From Nemertoderma westbladi (Eukaryota; Animalia; Xenacoelomorpha), in assembly GCA_032718475.1 (NCBI GenBank), contig JAUCBJ010008468.1:1-53552 (forward strand): 53,552 bases of DNA, in the 5' to 3' direction. The notes beneath the pieces were generated by a model that did not search any database, was not told the DNA's origin, and worked only from the letters and a program-made list of their open reading frames with translations. Shown here in pieces: positions 13,135 through 26,226 of this stretch. Position 1 is the stretch's first letter; every line of letters begins with the position of its first letter. The position numbers and the translations under genes were made by a program.

Positions 13135-14389
13135 TATAGAATTATATTCCCTAAATGCCGTGGATTTTCAAAATTTTATTTTATTCGAATTAACTTGTTA
13201 AAGATTACATTGAGTCCTCATTTGTATTTGCTATCCATTTGTACGCCTATTAGTCAAGTGGTTCAGTAGCTCAGGCAGAATACCTAAGGACTGTGGTAAA
13301 TCTAAGGTTGAGAGTAGGCTAGAGCTAAGGTCGCGAGTAGCGTGGATGTGAGGAAGGGAGTAGCTTGCTTAGGTGGATGGTAGGAAAAGCCCGGCTTTCT
13401 ATTGGCTGTTATAAATAGCTTACATAGTTTAAACTATATAGTAGTTCCCCTGGTTGAGGAGATGGGAAATCATGTACTGGGATAGGCTGCTAAGTTAACC
13501 CAACAAAACAACTAAACTTTTAATTAATTATTGATTACAGGCAAGGATTTGGAAGGAATTTTTTAATTTCATCAAAGGTTTACGTTTAATTAAACGAGTA
13601 TCAGTTAATCGTGTTATATTGACAAATAAATTATCATATTACAAATATATTATCTAGTTTTCTAGACTTGTGAGTAAATAATAAACTTTCAATAATGTGT
13701 CATGAGTTCCAAGGCATCCACGAGTACCGTGTTTGTATACGGGAATTAGCAAAGGAGACCTGCCATTTAGCGGAGGGGGGGGGGGGGGGGGGGTCATTTT
13801 TGGGGGTTTTAGAGCATGTAGTCGTAGGCCTAGGTTTTTGTACTACATGGTGTTGATCGTGTGGGTGGACCACCGAACAGTTGCGAATTTTAGACAATTG
13901 TTTAAAATTTATTGTTTATTTGGTAATCCGATACTCACATTGCACATATAGAGTAAGATATACAGTATATTGTATAATTGCAATATTAAAAGTTAAGTTA
14001 CAATAATACTTTGGACAATGGCGTGGCTAGTATTATAACCCAATGTATTGTCTGGGAGTGCCGGGCAGGTAGGTATGTAGTGTAGGTAGGTAGGTGTGCA
14101 GTGCTTGCAAAAAAAAAGGGGGGGGGGGGGATATTACTATTATGTGAATTGTGAGGTGTGAGATTGTTACTGTTGTTGTTGATAGGGAAATAATTAATTA
14201 TCCTAAGTTAATCTCCAGCGCAATCAATTGTTTCACTGGAGTTCCGATGCTGATCCAGGTATATAAAACTAAACTAAATGAGTCGAGATAGGAAATACAT
14301 AAAATATAAAATATTGGATGGAAAAGGTTATGGAAAATTGGTAAGATCTATGTTTTAATGATTGTTTACAGTGTACTTTAATTTAATAT

Positions 14390-14500
14390 TTTAGAAGGTG
14401 ACCTATTTCGAAAAGGGTACTATATTTTAGATTTTTTATGTTTTACGTCAGCAAAGGAATCAGAGTTCCATATCGTTGGCCCTGAAAAATAATTATTAGT
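14390..14500 (-). pseudogene. Short LINE (L2/Crack-like) 3'-end remnant
   Basis: The minus strand reads FSGPTIWNS followed by a K-rich tail. Confidence 0.45.
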
Positions 14501-14578
14501 GTTTGGAAATTATTGGAAAACTAATGTATCTTTGAGATGAGCAATGCGCATATCCTTGCCTTCTCCTTGCCATATCCT

Positions 14579-14959
14579 GGCCTGTTTACGCGTGGAAACT
14601 TTTAGAGCAACTTTCTCGGCAACTTTTAGAGCAAACCAGGTTGCCGATCAAGTTGCTCCGTGTAAACACGTAAGTTGCTGAAAAAAAATGCCGTAAAATT
14701 TGCTCAACTTTTACGGCAATTTGAAGGAATTTGCGTTGGGGAATTAAAGCGGGATAATCAGATGTAATTATCAAAAACTAGCTAGTAGATAAAATGACCC
14801 ACTATTTTACAGTTAAACTCGCCAAGTTGGTCTAAAAGTTGCCGGCCAAGTTGCTGGTAAAGTTGCCACGTGTAAACAGCGATTAAATTAAGTTGCTCCA
14901 AAAAAAGTTGCTAGTTTGCCGAGAAAGTTGATCTAAAAGTTTCCACGTGTAAACAGACC
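14579..14959. mobile_element. MITE with terminal inverted repeats of about 45 bp (PIF/Harbinger-like)
   Basis: ggcctgtttacgcgtggaaacttttagagcaactttctcggcaa pairs with ttgccgagaaagttgatctaaaagtttccacgtgtaaacagacc. No clear TSD. Confidence 0.75.
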
Positions 14960-15267
14960 TTTAGGGGTCGAATAGCCTACGTTGATAGTTAGACGTAAAG
15001 GATAATATATTATTTGTTGAATAAGTTAAATTTGTATAAGTTGCTGTATAATGTACATGTACAATGCTCTATATGTATATTACATGTTCTCATACTGTAT
15101 AATATTAATATTGATGTTTCAATATTTACAAAGTATAATAATTCTAATAAAAATATGTATGGTAGAAAAATACATTATTGCGTTTTTCCTTTCTCTCTGC
15201 GTTTTTCCTCCCTCTCTGGTCATTTTTCCGCGTAATTCTTTTCCCCCCTTGTTTACAGTCTGTTTTG

Positions 15268-15345
15268 CCCCAGCCCTAGCTCAGTCGGTAGAGCGTTGGA
15301 AATTATATGTGTAGTAGGTATTGAGTTCGAATCCTAGTAAGTGCG
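15268..15345 (+). other. tRNA-like Pol III promoter sequence (SINE head or pseudo-tRNA)
   Basis: A box TAGCTCAGTCGG at 15277-15288, B box GAGTTCGAATCC at 15323-15334 and a T-run downstream. There is no proper acceptor or anticodon stem. Confidence 0.6.
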
Positions 15346-15422
15346 AATTATTTTTTGTGCAGAATTTCAACTCATTTAAATTGACCGCTACAAATTAAAT
15401 TGCATTTGTCTGTACCTAGATT

Positions 15423-15560
15423 AACCAATGAGACTGCAGTTATTAGATTGTAACCAATGTCGTGCAAGTTATATATTAGCTGGACCAATGGTTATCTTTA
15501 AAAACCCAATATAATTATAGAATGTTCTCGATTGATTGCGGCACAAATTTGCTATATAAA
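15423..15560 (+). promoter_or_regulatory. Putative Pol II promoter with three CCAAT boxes and a TATA box
   Basis: CCAAT at 15425, 15454 and 15485 (spacing about 30 bp) and TATATAAA at 15553-15560. Confidence 0.4.
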
Positions 15561-17850
15561 GGTGCGATTTGTTCATTAGTTATCTATCCTCTCATTCAAT
15601 ATTCTATCTCACTTCTTACAATCTTGTTTATTCTGTCATTAGTTTTCAGATTACATTTTGTATTATTATCTGCAATAAATTCAGAAATACCGCTACCTGC
15701 CTTTTCTTTTCACCATGATTCACTACGGTGAACACACTTAGGAACAGGATGGCCGGCTAGAGATCGGGCCGCAGCAATGAACGGGAACATCAAGGGAATG
15801 TAGACAGGAGACAACCCGCAATACCATCTTAGTTATTCGCCCATCGCCTGAAAGGTTAGACAGCGTTCGACGCCTTGCTACCTAAGCGTAAGACCAAAGA
15901 TCAAACGGTAGAAGTAGTGACACGCTGTAAGCCTAAAAATTACATCTTAGGGACTGTACTGTCTTAATTCAGGAAAAAACCGCAGTAGACCTTCATATTC
16001 CTACGGGGGGGGAGAGAGCAGGGAGATACTAGTACGCAGATAGGACGTAGGCACACCGGTACGAAGCATACACATTGGTAGGGTGCAGCAAACTGTACGC
16101 CTAACTCTTGCTAAGTGCAGGTGCGTCTGTGACTATTTGTAGTACAACGGTGTCCATTGCATTAGAACTTGTAGGCTAGGAGGGTTGCTGTGTTTCACCT
16201 GAATTGGGATTGTACCGTTCAGACGGTAGGGCAGTTTACAACTAGGCGTAAATAAATTGAGGCTATTAGGGATATACTAACATCTACCGTGTCCCCGCCA
16301 ACGTCCTGATAGGAAGTTACCCAGCCTACCTAGGTGACTAAAATTCTAGATAAGAGCCAGGATAGCTATTAGTAATAGTACGCCTACTGTAGTAAACTAA
16401 CACATTTCTTCTTAGTATTAGGGACCTGGTAAATTAAAATTGCCGAATTCTGGGCGTAGCATTAACCTTATGCCTGAATTTGAGTCCTGGAAATACGCAA
16501 GAGGGGAAGGAACCTTATCATTCGTGAGTATTGGACCTACAAGTTACAAAATTTAGAATATTTTCGTAAAATGCACACTGTACCCAGTAATTATATATGT
16601 GAAGGAGCAAAACTGCTTTTGACCATTCAGAATTAACACACACGCGCGTTAGAAATTATTTACACCTCAAAATATATAAAATTAACTTTGTCCGTACTGT
16701 GCTTTGCCCGCTAGTTAGACATCTCCAAATCTCTGCCTCTGTACCTAGCTAGCGTCCCTTTCGCCCAACCATATAAATCACACCGCGGCAAAGTATACGA
16801 GCCTCTTAGTCCGTCAGTGAGTCAGCCTGATTTTAGGATTCGCTGCGCGGGATTTTGTTTCATCGAAGTTTGTCTGCTCGTAGACTGTTTTCTGCCTCAC
16901 CGGTTATAAGAGATCGATACTGCAATATATTCGCTTACTTAGAGTTTACTGTTTTGGTGAGAAGGTCGGATTTATGATTTGATTCACAAACTTTACAGTA
17001 GGATATTGCAGGTATTGTTACTGTCTCTTCTAATAGTAGGAATATGTTTTACTGAACTACGGTTCGGTAGGACTAAAGTTATTTGAAAATTTTGTATTTT
17101 GAGGTAAAAATTTATATTTGATTAGCTAAGTGCTAATTTTTTGAAATAAAATTTGATTTGAACCGCGTGTAAAATATTTTTTGGAATTGAATACCGGTGT
17201 TTAAAAAGGGTTTAAATACCATATTGTACCGGTACAAAAATTTTCGTAAAAGTAAAACCTAACTCTTTTGTTTTTCAGGATTCAGAACTAATTTCTAGAC
17301 TGTAACGGGAGCAAGACCGTGTTTAGCAAGTTTGGGAGATAGATAACTCAATAACTTTGGTTGGGAAAATCGCGCTTCGTCCGCAACGTTAAAAAACGGA
17401 AAGGTTCACGTCCGGTTTGTAACTGGGAATCTGTTTTTCTGGAGAATTATTGGAGTGGGTGAGTTCGAAAAGTTGCATAAATAAGTTAGGCATTACCGTA
17501 TTAGTTAAAATTATTGTGGGTTCCACTGTCTCAAGTATTTATGCATTCCGTATGATTTCTTTGTTCATTGCTGAATTAGTCCGTATTATTGTATTTAATT
17601 TACCTTTTGATAACGCATATCGTTATCCGATTTATTTGTTATAAAATTGGCCGCTAGGCTAATTTTATTATATACTTATTCCGTGACATTTATTTGCTGT
17701 AAAATTGGCCGTTTAGGCTAATTTTATCCATCTGCTATAAAATCGGCCGGTAGGCTAATTTTATATGACTGTAATTAGTACCGTTTAGATATAAATACGG
17801 TAAGTTTGATACTTTGACACTCACATTTTACTTGACTTACAACTACCGAA

Positions 17851-19941
17851 ATGAGTGACAAACAAGACTATACGAAGAATACACAAACCGACTATGACTC
17901 ATGTGACGGAGATAAGTCAGAAGCGGAAGAACCACAGGGGAAGACTCGTGAGCCTACCGAACCTACACCGTGCGCGTCACCAGTATATCCAACGGGAGTA
18001 CCGGATGCCGTAGTACGAGGCGACGGCAGGACTGAGGATTTCCTAACGGTCCCGCAACCTAGATACAGGGAAACGGAGATGGTAAGTTCAGTAGGAAGCA
18101 CAGAAAGTGTGGTTAGAAGCGTCGGCGGTTACATGGCGCATATTACCAGGAGTATTGGAGAAGGCCAACGCATATTAGACGAGTTGACCGCTCCGATGTC
18201 TCGGTTCGAGTTCTACACTCTACAGGTGAGAGTACAGAGTAAAGTATATAAGTCCGTGGATAACCTAATTGGTCTGCAAGATCTAGCTAGACAGAGACAG
18301 GATATGGACACTCAGCTTAGAATCCTCGAGAAACTAATGATCGCTAGAGAGAAACTGATTCAGTTTAAGTCGACGATTAGGCAGATACAACAGGAACAAG
18401 CGGACCAGTTGTTAGGTGAGTCAGTTTCGGACGAATTATTGCAACCCGAGGAAGAACAGGAACTGTATAGGCTAGATGGACAATTGAAACACCTGACAGA
18501 TCACTTACGCATGTGCGGCGAGGACGTCGGAGATTGGGAAACCGTGCCGGAGGCTACGAGGGAAACTTCGCTCGCACAAATCGAACCGGCACCGGGAACA
18601 CTAAATCAATCACTGGTGAGTATTCGCAGCGAAATTGGCGAGGTGAGTATGGCTACGTCAGAAATTGCCCGACAACAGCAGCTCTACAGACAACAACAGG
18701 AGATGGAGGAACAAACTCAACTGCTAATGGCACAAGCAGCCGTACAAGAAGAGAAACTACGCATTGCGAATGTTGCAAGAATCTCTCATCTGCAAGAACA
18801 AGCCGAGTTGGAAGCAGCCGAGATGGAAAGGTTAGAGTTGGACATTGCGCAACAAACGGCGGCAGCGGCAGCGGCCGAGTTAGAGCGACAAGCGACGGCG
18901 GCAGCAGCAACGGCCGAGTTAGATCGACAAGCGGCGGCGGCAGCAGCAGCGGCCGAGTTAGAGCGACAGAGGTTAGTATCAGAAGCGAGAGCCGAGATGA
19001 AAAAACGGCAAATAAAGGCTCAATCAGCTATACGACAAGCGGAGTTTGAGGCGCAACAACAACAGACGGAACAACGCGAGAAGGAAGTTAAACTTCATTT
19101 CGAACTCGGGAAGAAGGCGAGAGAATTAGCCAACGCGAAGGAAGATCTGGATCTACAAGCCCGCGATCGATCGATGAGATCTCGTGACGGACACGATTTA
19201 GACCGGTTAGAGGTAAGACATCGCCAAATTCAGGAACGGAAGAAGGAAGGAAGCGTAGGAGCACCCGGACGGGAACGACAATTAGTAAAAGACTTGTGTC
19301 AACGATTCCCACAAGTAACTCCTATGTTTGCACCAATTATGACTAAGAAACCTGTTTCGATTGCGGGTAGTAGTGATATTTCTCCTATCCATGGTGCGAC
19401 GGAACACAGGTTGGTTATTCCGGACAAATTCATACCTTCAAGAGCAACGTCGTCGCCTATTTTGAAAGTCAAGGTAAGTAACCCATTGACTACCGATCGT
19501 AGTAGTTTGTTGACTGGACCTGCACTACTGACGACAAAACAGGTGAGTCCACCTTTGACACCTAAACCGGTTACGCACTACGAATACCCAATGACGTTTC
19601 GACCTACAAGGCCAGTTCAGTTTACATCGCAATCTACGACTTCGAGGAAGACTTGTGAGCCTACCGAACAACGGAGACCAGTGGATACGCGACCGTTCAA
19701 CCAGTTTACATCGCAATCTACGACTTCGAGGAAGACTTGTGAGCCTACCGAACAACGGAGACCAGTGGATACGCGACCGTTCAACCAGTTTACATCGCAA
19801 TCTACGACTTCGAGGAAGACTTGTGAGCCTACCGAACAACGGAGAACAGTGGACGATGTTCCGAAACGAAACGTTAGAATTCGGACAACCCAACGGACGC
19901 GAATTATTGGAGTGGGTGAGTTCGAAAAGTTGCATAAATAA
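17851..19941 (+). CDS. gag: BEL Gag N-terminal region, copy 1 (open frame, coiled-coil, truncated by the duplication junction)
   Basis: 696-aa ORF homologous to 20301-22400, with Q/E/A-rich coiled coil and three 84-bp repeats. It runs into the duplicated leader at 19901. Confidence 0.75.
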   Translation: MSDKQDYTKNTQTDYDSCDGDKSEAEEPQGKTREPTEPTPCASPVYPTGVPDAVVRGDGRTEDFLTVPQPRYRETEMVSSVGSTESVVRSVGGYMAHITRSIGEGQRILDELTAPMSRFEFYTLQVRVQSKVYKSVDNLIGLQDLARQRQDMDTQLRILEKLMIAREKLIQFKSTIRQIQQEQADQLLGESVSDELLQPEEEQELYRLDGQLKHLTDHLRMCGEDVGDWETVPEATRETSLAQIEPAPGTLNQSLVSIRSEIGEVSMATSEIARQQQLYRQQQEMEEQTQLLMAQAAVQEEKLRIANVARISHLQEQAELEAAEMERLELDIAQQTAAAAAAELERQATAAAATAELDRQAAAAAAAAELERQRLVSEARAEMKKRQIKAQSAIRQAEFEAQQQQTEQREKEVKLHFELGKKARELANAKEDLDLQARDRSMRSRDGHDLDRLEVRHRQIQERKKEGSVGAPGRERQLVKDLCQRFPQVTPMFAPIMTKKPVSIAGSSDISPIHGATEHRLVIPDKFIPSRATSSPILKVKVSNPLTTDRSSLLTGPALLTTKQVSPPLTPKPVTHYEYPMTFRPTRPVQFTSQSTTSRKTCEPTEQRRPVDTRPFNQFTSQSTTSRKTCEPTEQRRPVDTRPFNQFTSQSTTSRKTCEPTEQRRTVDDVPKRNVRIRTTQRTRIIGVGEFEKLHK

Positions 19942-20300
19942 GTTAGGCATTACCGTATTAGTTAAAATTATTGTGGGTTCCACTGTCTCAAGTATTTATG
20001 CATTCCGTATGATTTCTTTGTTCATTGCTGAATTAGTCCGTATTATTGTATTTAATTTACCTTTTGATAACGCATATCGTTATCCGATTTATTTGTTATA
20101 AAATTGGCCGCTAGGCTAATTTTATTATTTACTTACTCCATGACATTTATTTGCTGTAAAATTGGCCGCTAGGCTAATTTTATCCATTTGCTATAAAATC
20201 GGCTGGTAGGCTAATTTTATATGACTGTAATTAATACTGTTTAGATATAAATACGGTAAGTTTGATACTTTGACACTCACTTTACTTTACAACTACCGAA

Positions 20301-21900
20301 ATGAGTGACAAACAAGACTATACGAAGAATACACCTACCGACTATGACTCATGTGACGCGGATAAGTCAGTAGCGGAAGAACCACAGGGGAAGACTCACG
20401 AGCCTACCGAACCTACACCGTGCGCGTCACCAGTACATCCAACGGGAGTACCGGATGCCATAGTACGAGGCGACGGCAGGACTGAGGATTTTCTAACGGT
20501 CCCGCAACCTAGACACAGGGAAACGGACATGGTAAGTTCAGTAGGAAGCCAGGAGAGCGTAGTTAGAAGCATCGGAGGATACATGGCGCATATTACCAGG
20601 AGTATTGGAGAAGGCCAACGCATATTAGACGAGTTGACTGCTCCGATGTCTCGGTTTGAGTTCTACACCTTACAGGTTAGAGTACAGAGTAAAGTACATA
20701 AGTCCGTAGATAACCTAATCAGTCTACAAGATCTAGCTAGACAAAGACAGGACGCGGACACTCAGTTCAGAATCCTCGAGAAATTAAAATTAATGATCGC
20801 TAGGGAGAAACTAATTCAATTTAAGACGACCGTTAGACAGATACAACAAGAACAAGCGGATCAGTTGCTAGGTGAGTCAGTTTCTGACGAGTTATTACAG
20901 CCCGAGGAAGAACAGGAATTGTATAGGCTGGATGGACAATTGAAACATCTGACGGATCACTTACGTATGTGCGGCGAAGACGTCGGAGATTGGGAAACCG
21001 TGCCGGAGGCTACGAGGGAAACTTCACCCGCACAAATCGAACTGGCACCGGGAATAATGGATCAATCATTGGTGAGTATTCGCAGCGAAATTGGCTAGGT
21101 AAGTATGGTAACGTCAGAAATTGCTCGACAACAGCAGCAGTTCTACAGACAACAACAGGAGATGGAGGAACAAATTCAACTGCTAATGGTACAAGCAGCA
21201 GTAGAGGAAGAGAAACTACGCGTTGCGAATGTTGCAAGAATCTCTCATCTGCAAGAACAAGCAGAGTTGGAAGCAGCCGAGATGGAAAGGTTAGAGTTGG
21301 ACATTGCACAACAAACGGCGGCAGCGGCAGCGGCTGAGTTAGAGCGACAAGCAGCGGCAGCGGCTGAGTTAGAGTGACAAACGGCAGGGGCAGCGGCTGA
21401 GTTAGAGCGACAAAGGGCAGCGGCAGCGGCCGAGTTACAGCGACAAAGGTTAGTTTCAGAAGCGAGAGCCAAAATGAAAAAACGGCAAATAAAGGCTCAA
21501 TCAGCTATACGACTAGCAGAGTTAGAAGCGCAACAACAACAAACGGAACAACGCGAGAAAGAGGTTAAACTTCATTTCGAACTCGAAAGGAAGGCGAGAG
21601 AATTAGCTAACGCCAAGGAGGATCTGGATCTTAAAGCCCGCGATCCATCGATGAGATCTCGAGACGGACACGATCTAGACCGGATAGAGGTAAGGCACCG
21701 CCAAATTCAGGAACGAATAAAGGAAGGAAGTGTAGGAGCACCTGAGCAAGGACGAGAGTTGGTTGGTGAATTATGTCAACGATTTCCTCAAGTAACTCAT
21801 ATGTTTGCACCAATTACGACAAAAGAACCTGTTTCGATTGCGGGTAGTAGTAATATATCTCCTATCCATGATGCGACGGAACACAGGTTCGTTATTACCG
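20301..21900 (+). pseudogene. gag: BEL Gag N-terminal region, copy 2 (stops and a frameshift)
   Basis: Diverged copy of the 17851 ORF with stops at 21096-21098 and 21375-21377 and a frameshift near 21900 into the long ORF. Confidence 0.8.
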
Positions 21901-24900
21901 TTTATACCGCCAAGAGCAACGTCATCGCCTATTCCGAAAGTCAAGGTAAGTAATCCGCCAATAACGGATCATAGTAGTTTATTAGTCGGACCTACATTAA
22001 TGACGACTAAACAGGTGAGTCAACCTTCGACACCTAAACCTGTGACACACTACGCAAACCCAATCGTATTCAGGCCTTCAAGGCCGTTAGACTCAAATGC
22101 CAACACGCGACCACAAATCCAGTTTACATCGCAATCTACAACTTCGAGGAAGACTTGTGAGCCTACCGAACAACGGAGACCAGTAGACACGCGACCGTTT
22201 AACCAGTTTACATCGCAATCTACGACTTCGAGGAAGACTTGTGAGCCTACCGAACAACGGAGACCAGTAGACACGCGACCGTTTAACCAGTTTACATCGC
22301 AATCTACGACTTCGAGGAAGACTTGTGAGCCTACCGAACAACGGAGACCAGTAGACGATATTTTTAAACGGAATGTTAGAATTCGGACAACCCAACGGAC
22401 GCGAGCACGTCGACCACCATATCCAGATGATAGTAGTACTTCGAGCGAATCGGAATACCCGAAACGCGAGGTGTTTAGAACAGGGGCGGCCGATGAATAT
22501 AAACGCGAGCGTTCAGACAACTCCTTTGTAGACAATCCTCCACGAAATACACCAACACAGAAGGCGTTACAACCAACGGACGCAATCAGTACACAACAGT
22601 TCGCCGACATCCTGCGACCAGTTGTTAACAAGTTGGCTCAGATTGAGGAACGTCTGGAGGAAACTCAAACCGATAGTTCGAGGAACACTGAATTTGAACA
22701 CAATAGCCACCCGAAGGATCCGCAAAGACCAATACCTTCGAGAAATACTTCGTATCAAAGAAAAGCGCCAAGAAGGGAGAACATCAACCAGGTTGCCAAC
22801 CAAGGACGCGAAACTTTGAACGTTGCCGAGGAAATAGCGAAATTCGCAGCTAGACAAGGATTACCGGTGCAACAACCACCTAAGTTTTCCGGTAGCTCAA
22901 AACACTGGTACACTTTCGTAGACTATATCGAATCTCAGATCGCCATGTGCGCCTTTACATCACGGGAGAAGTTTAATTACCTGCTTCAAACGTTGTCGGG
23001 AGAACCTAAACGTTTGGCGGAGACCTTCGTTGGTGTACCGGACGCCTTCGAACTAGCGTACGATCGTTTAACTTCGATCTACGGAGGTACAGTCAGCATG
23101 GCCAGGTCAGTGATAGAGGAACTCTGTAAGGGAGGGGCTATTACTAAACCCGTCGACTTATTGAAACTGGCTGACGAAATAAAGAACGCTATCACTACTT
23201 TGAGATCCATTGGACAACTTGACTACGGGAATACCCCTACAGTCCTATTAAAGATCATAGGACGACTCCACCATCGACTTCGTCGGGAGTGGAGGAAGAT
23301 CGAATACCAGCGGGAAGAGCGGGGTGGATTCTTAAAACTGGAAGATGTGTACCTTTTGATATCCAGGGAAGCAGTGGTAGAAACTCGATCCAACTACACT
23401 GACCAGCACATCGTAGCAGAAGGAATCACCTTGCCATCCTCAAACCGACAAAAACCTCAGACAACATCCACCAAGACGGCCACTTACGCCACACCGACGG
23501 AAACACGACAATTCTCGGACGGTAGTAGGGTATCTGCGCCCATTGGGATAAAACAGACTAGACAGCAACTCAGTACAGACTTCAGCGGCTGCCAATACTG
23601 CGAGCATTTAGGCAAGCGGTATATCGGTCACAAGTTGAGAGGTTGTCGACAGTTTCGCGAGTTAAACTCGGAAGAACGACGGCTGCAGATACGGCCATTG
23701 GACTCTTGTTGGCGGTGTACGCGACACGGACACGTCCGCAAAGATTGCCCAAACACCGACACTTGTCCATCCTGTGGACGCAACCACGACGGTCTGCTCC
23801 ACACAGACAGCCACACGCCGACAAAACGCTTCGCCAGGGAACACCCGGAAGCAGCAGCGAGATGTGATGCGGCCTACAAGAATCGAGAATCGAAAACGAC
23901 TCCAACCTTTGTGACACATATTAAGGATTGCTTCTCAGAACAATCCGGATCGTCGGACGAAGAGTCAGAAGACGACGACGTATATTCCGATGGAGACGAA
24001 CAACCATCGATCGCGCTTCTGACGACTGACCAATTAAAGGGATTCAGTGTAATTCCGATTAAGATTACTGGCACAAAGGGGAGCAAGAGAATCTACGCTA
24101 TCCTGGATTCAGCCTCATCTCACAGCTACGTGGATGAGCAGATAGCTGATGTAGTGACGGATCTCAGACAAGGTAAGCGCGTCAGTTACACCGTAAGTAG
24201 TATGCACGGACAACGTGCAATACCAGTGACACGAGTTAAGTTAAACTTAGACACTCTTCTTCCAAAATCGCAACACAGCGAAAAGGAGAGGTCTTTGTTA
24301 CCCTTTAAGGATTTGACTTTTGCGGCCACCAAGGACTTTAGTAACCTACTAGGTCCTGTCCCAGAACAATCCTTGGAGGACCGTAAGTATTTCAGACACC
24401 TTGGTGTACCTGAATGTCCTGTCAATTATAGATCGGTAGCAATGCTGATCGGGACAGACCAATTCAACCTACATCAAGTGTGGGAAACCAGACCATCGGC
24501 AGTCGTAGCGGGAAACGCATACGCCTGTAGAATGCCGATAGGGTGGTATACTCGAGCGCCTGTGCGCACACTGGACATAAGTGACGAGGAAGACGATGTA
24601 CAAAGTACATGTAGTTTATTAACTACAAATTCAATTCATTCCTTTTCACACGACGTGGACCATACTACCTTACATACAAAACATGACAGACGTGTAACTA
24701 GTATGATAAGTCACAAGGAGCAGCTAATCCACCAGGTGAGTTTAGAACTTGGGGAGAAGACGAGTCAGCTAGAGATTCCATCGAAGACAGATGATAATGC
24801 CGGAAGGCTTGCGAGTCTACCTACCCCAACAACCTCAACAATGCCCGTCGATATCGATGACGACGCGTTAAGAAACCATCAAGTGGAACAAGCTGCATTG

Positions 24901-26226
24901 GACAAAGAATTAACGGAGAAGACTATCAGGTGGTTAGAACAAGATACAGCTGAACCTGGTAGCTACGAACCATGTATGTCGGAACAGGAGAAACAATCTT
25001 TGAGGATCATGGAAGATACTATCCGCCAGACGAAAGACGGACATTATGAGGTGGGGATGCTATGGCGTAGCCAAAGTCCTAAACTCATAAATAACTATCC
25101 ACTAGCTTTAAGACGTTTACACTCGATACGACAACGTCTATTAAAGGACGAGAAAGCCCATCTGCAGTACAACACTCAGATGGAGACGTATTTGTCCAAG
25201 GGATACGCTATCCGAATGACTAACCCAGAGATAGTAACTGACCAGACATACTACTTGCCACATCACTTCGTGAGACACCCCGACAAACCAGACAAAGTAC
25301 GTGTAGTCAATGACTGTGCTGCTCTGTTTGAGGGAATGTCCCTCAATAGCGAGTTGATGGATGGACCAAACATGAATAATTATCTTGTGGGGGTGATTAT
25401 GCGCTTCCGTCAGTGTCAAGTAGCTTTTACTTGCGACGTCGAAGCTATGTTTCACCAAGTGAGAGCGTTAGAGCAAGACAGAGACAGTTTGAGGTTCCTC
25501 TGGTATCCGGAAGGAGACTTAAGTCTACCACCGGCGACTTACCAAATGCAAGTTCGCGTTTTCGGTGCCAGGGACAGCCCAAACTGTACAATGTATGCCC
25601 TAAAGCAAGCCGCTAGGGATCAGAAACACCTGTATGACCCAGAGATAATTAAGATTGTGGAACGTGACTTTTACGTCGACGACGGTTTACAGAGTTGCGA
25701 CACAGTAGAACGTGCTACAACAGTAGCACATCAATTACGGGACTGCTTAGCGGGCGGAGGTTTCAACCTCACCAAATTCGCCTCAAACAGTGCCGAATTA
25801 GTAGACTCATTTGGAACGACTGAGCGTGGAGGTGGTGACATAGACCTAGAGTTCGAACCACTACCGACGACAAAGGTGTTGGGGCTCTTTTGGGACCCAA
25901 ACACGGACAACTTTCGAGTGAAGGTGAGACTGGACAGTCAAGAAAACACACTGACAAAGAGATCATGCTTGTCAAAATTGAGCCGATTGTTCGATCCATT
26001 AGGATTCATCAGTCCAATAATACTGCAAGCCCGCATTTATATGCGCAGTATTTGGAAGGATGGACTGACATGGGACGAGCCGATCTCATCAGACCAAGTG
26101 GACTTATGGAAGACCTGGGAGGCAGAATTATCTTCGCTAGAGGATTATTCCATACCCAGAGTCTACTTTCCATTACAAACAACATTTCCTGACAACTTGG
26201 AATTACATTGTTTTTCCGACGCCAGT
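21805..26226 (+). CDS. pol: BEL gag-pol, exon 1: Gag core, Zn knuckles, aspartic protease, RT and start of RNase H
   Basis: PPKFSG..W, CQYC..H..C, CWRC...GH...DC, CPSC..H, AILDSAS, DVEAMFHQV, FGARDSP and FYVDDG. It ends LHCFSDAS. Confidence 0.92.

Larger units (their letters stand above)
13135..17035 (+). repeat. 5' LTR (61-bp head, 3.3-kb unshared middle, 495-bp tail)
   Basis: Head and tail appear identical to the 3' copy. It starts TATAGAA and ends TTCTAATA. Confidence 0.8.

Noticed and set aside
12008-13201. Long ORFs in the satellites (also 5515-6111, 37683-38833, 45950-48138 and 52096-53227)
   Set aside because: They are artefacts of stop-poor tandem units read in several frames.
15268-15345. 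Functional tRNA gene
   Set aside because: A and B boxes are present, but the acceptor and anticodon stems do not form.
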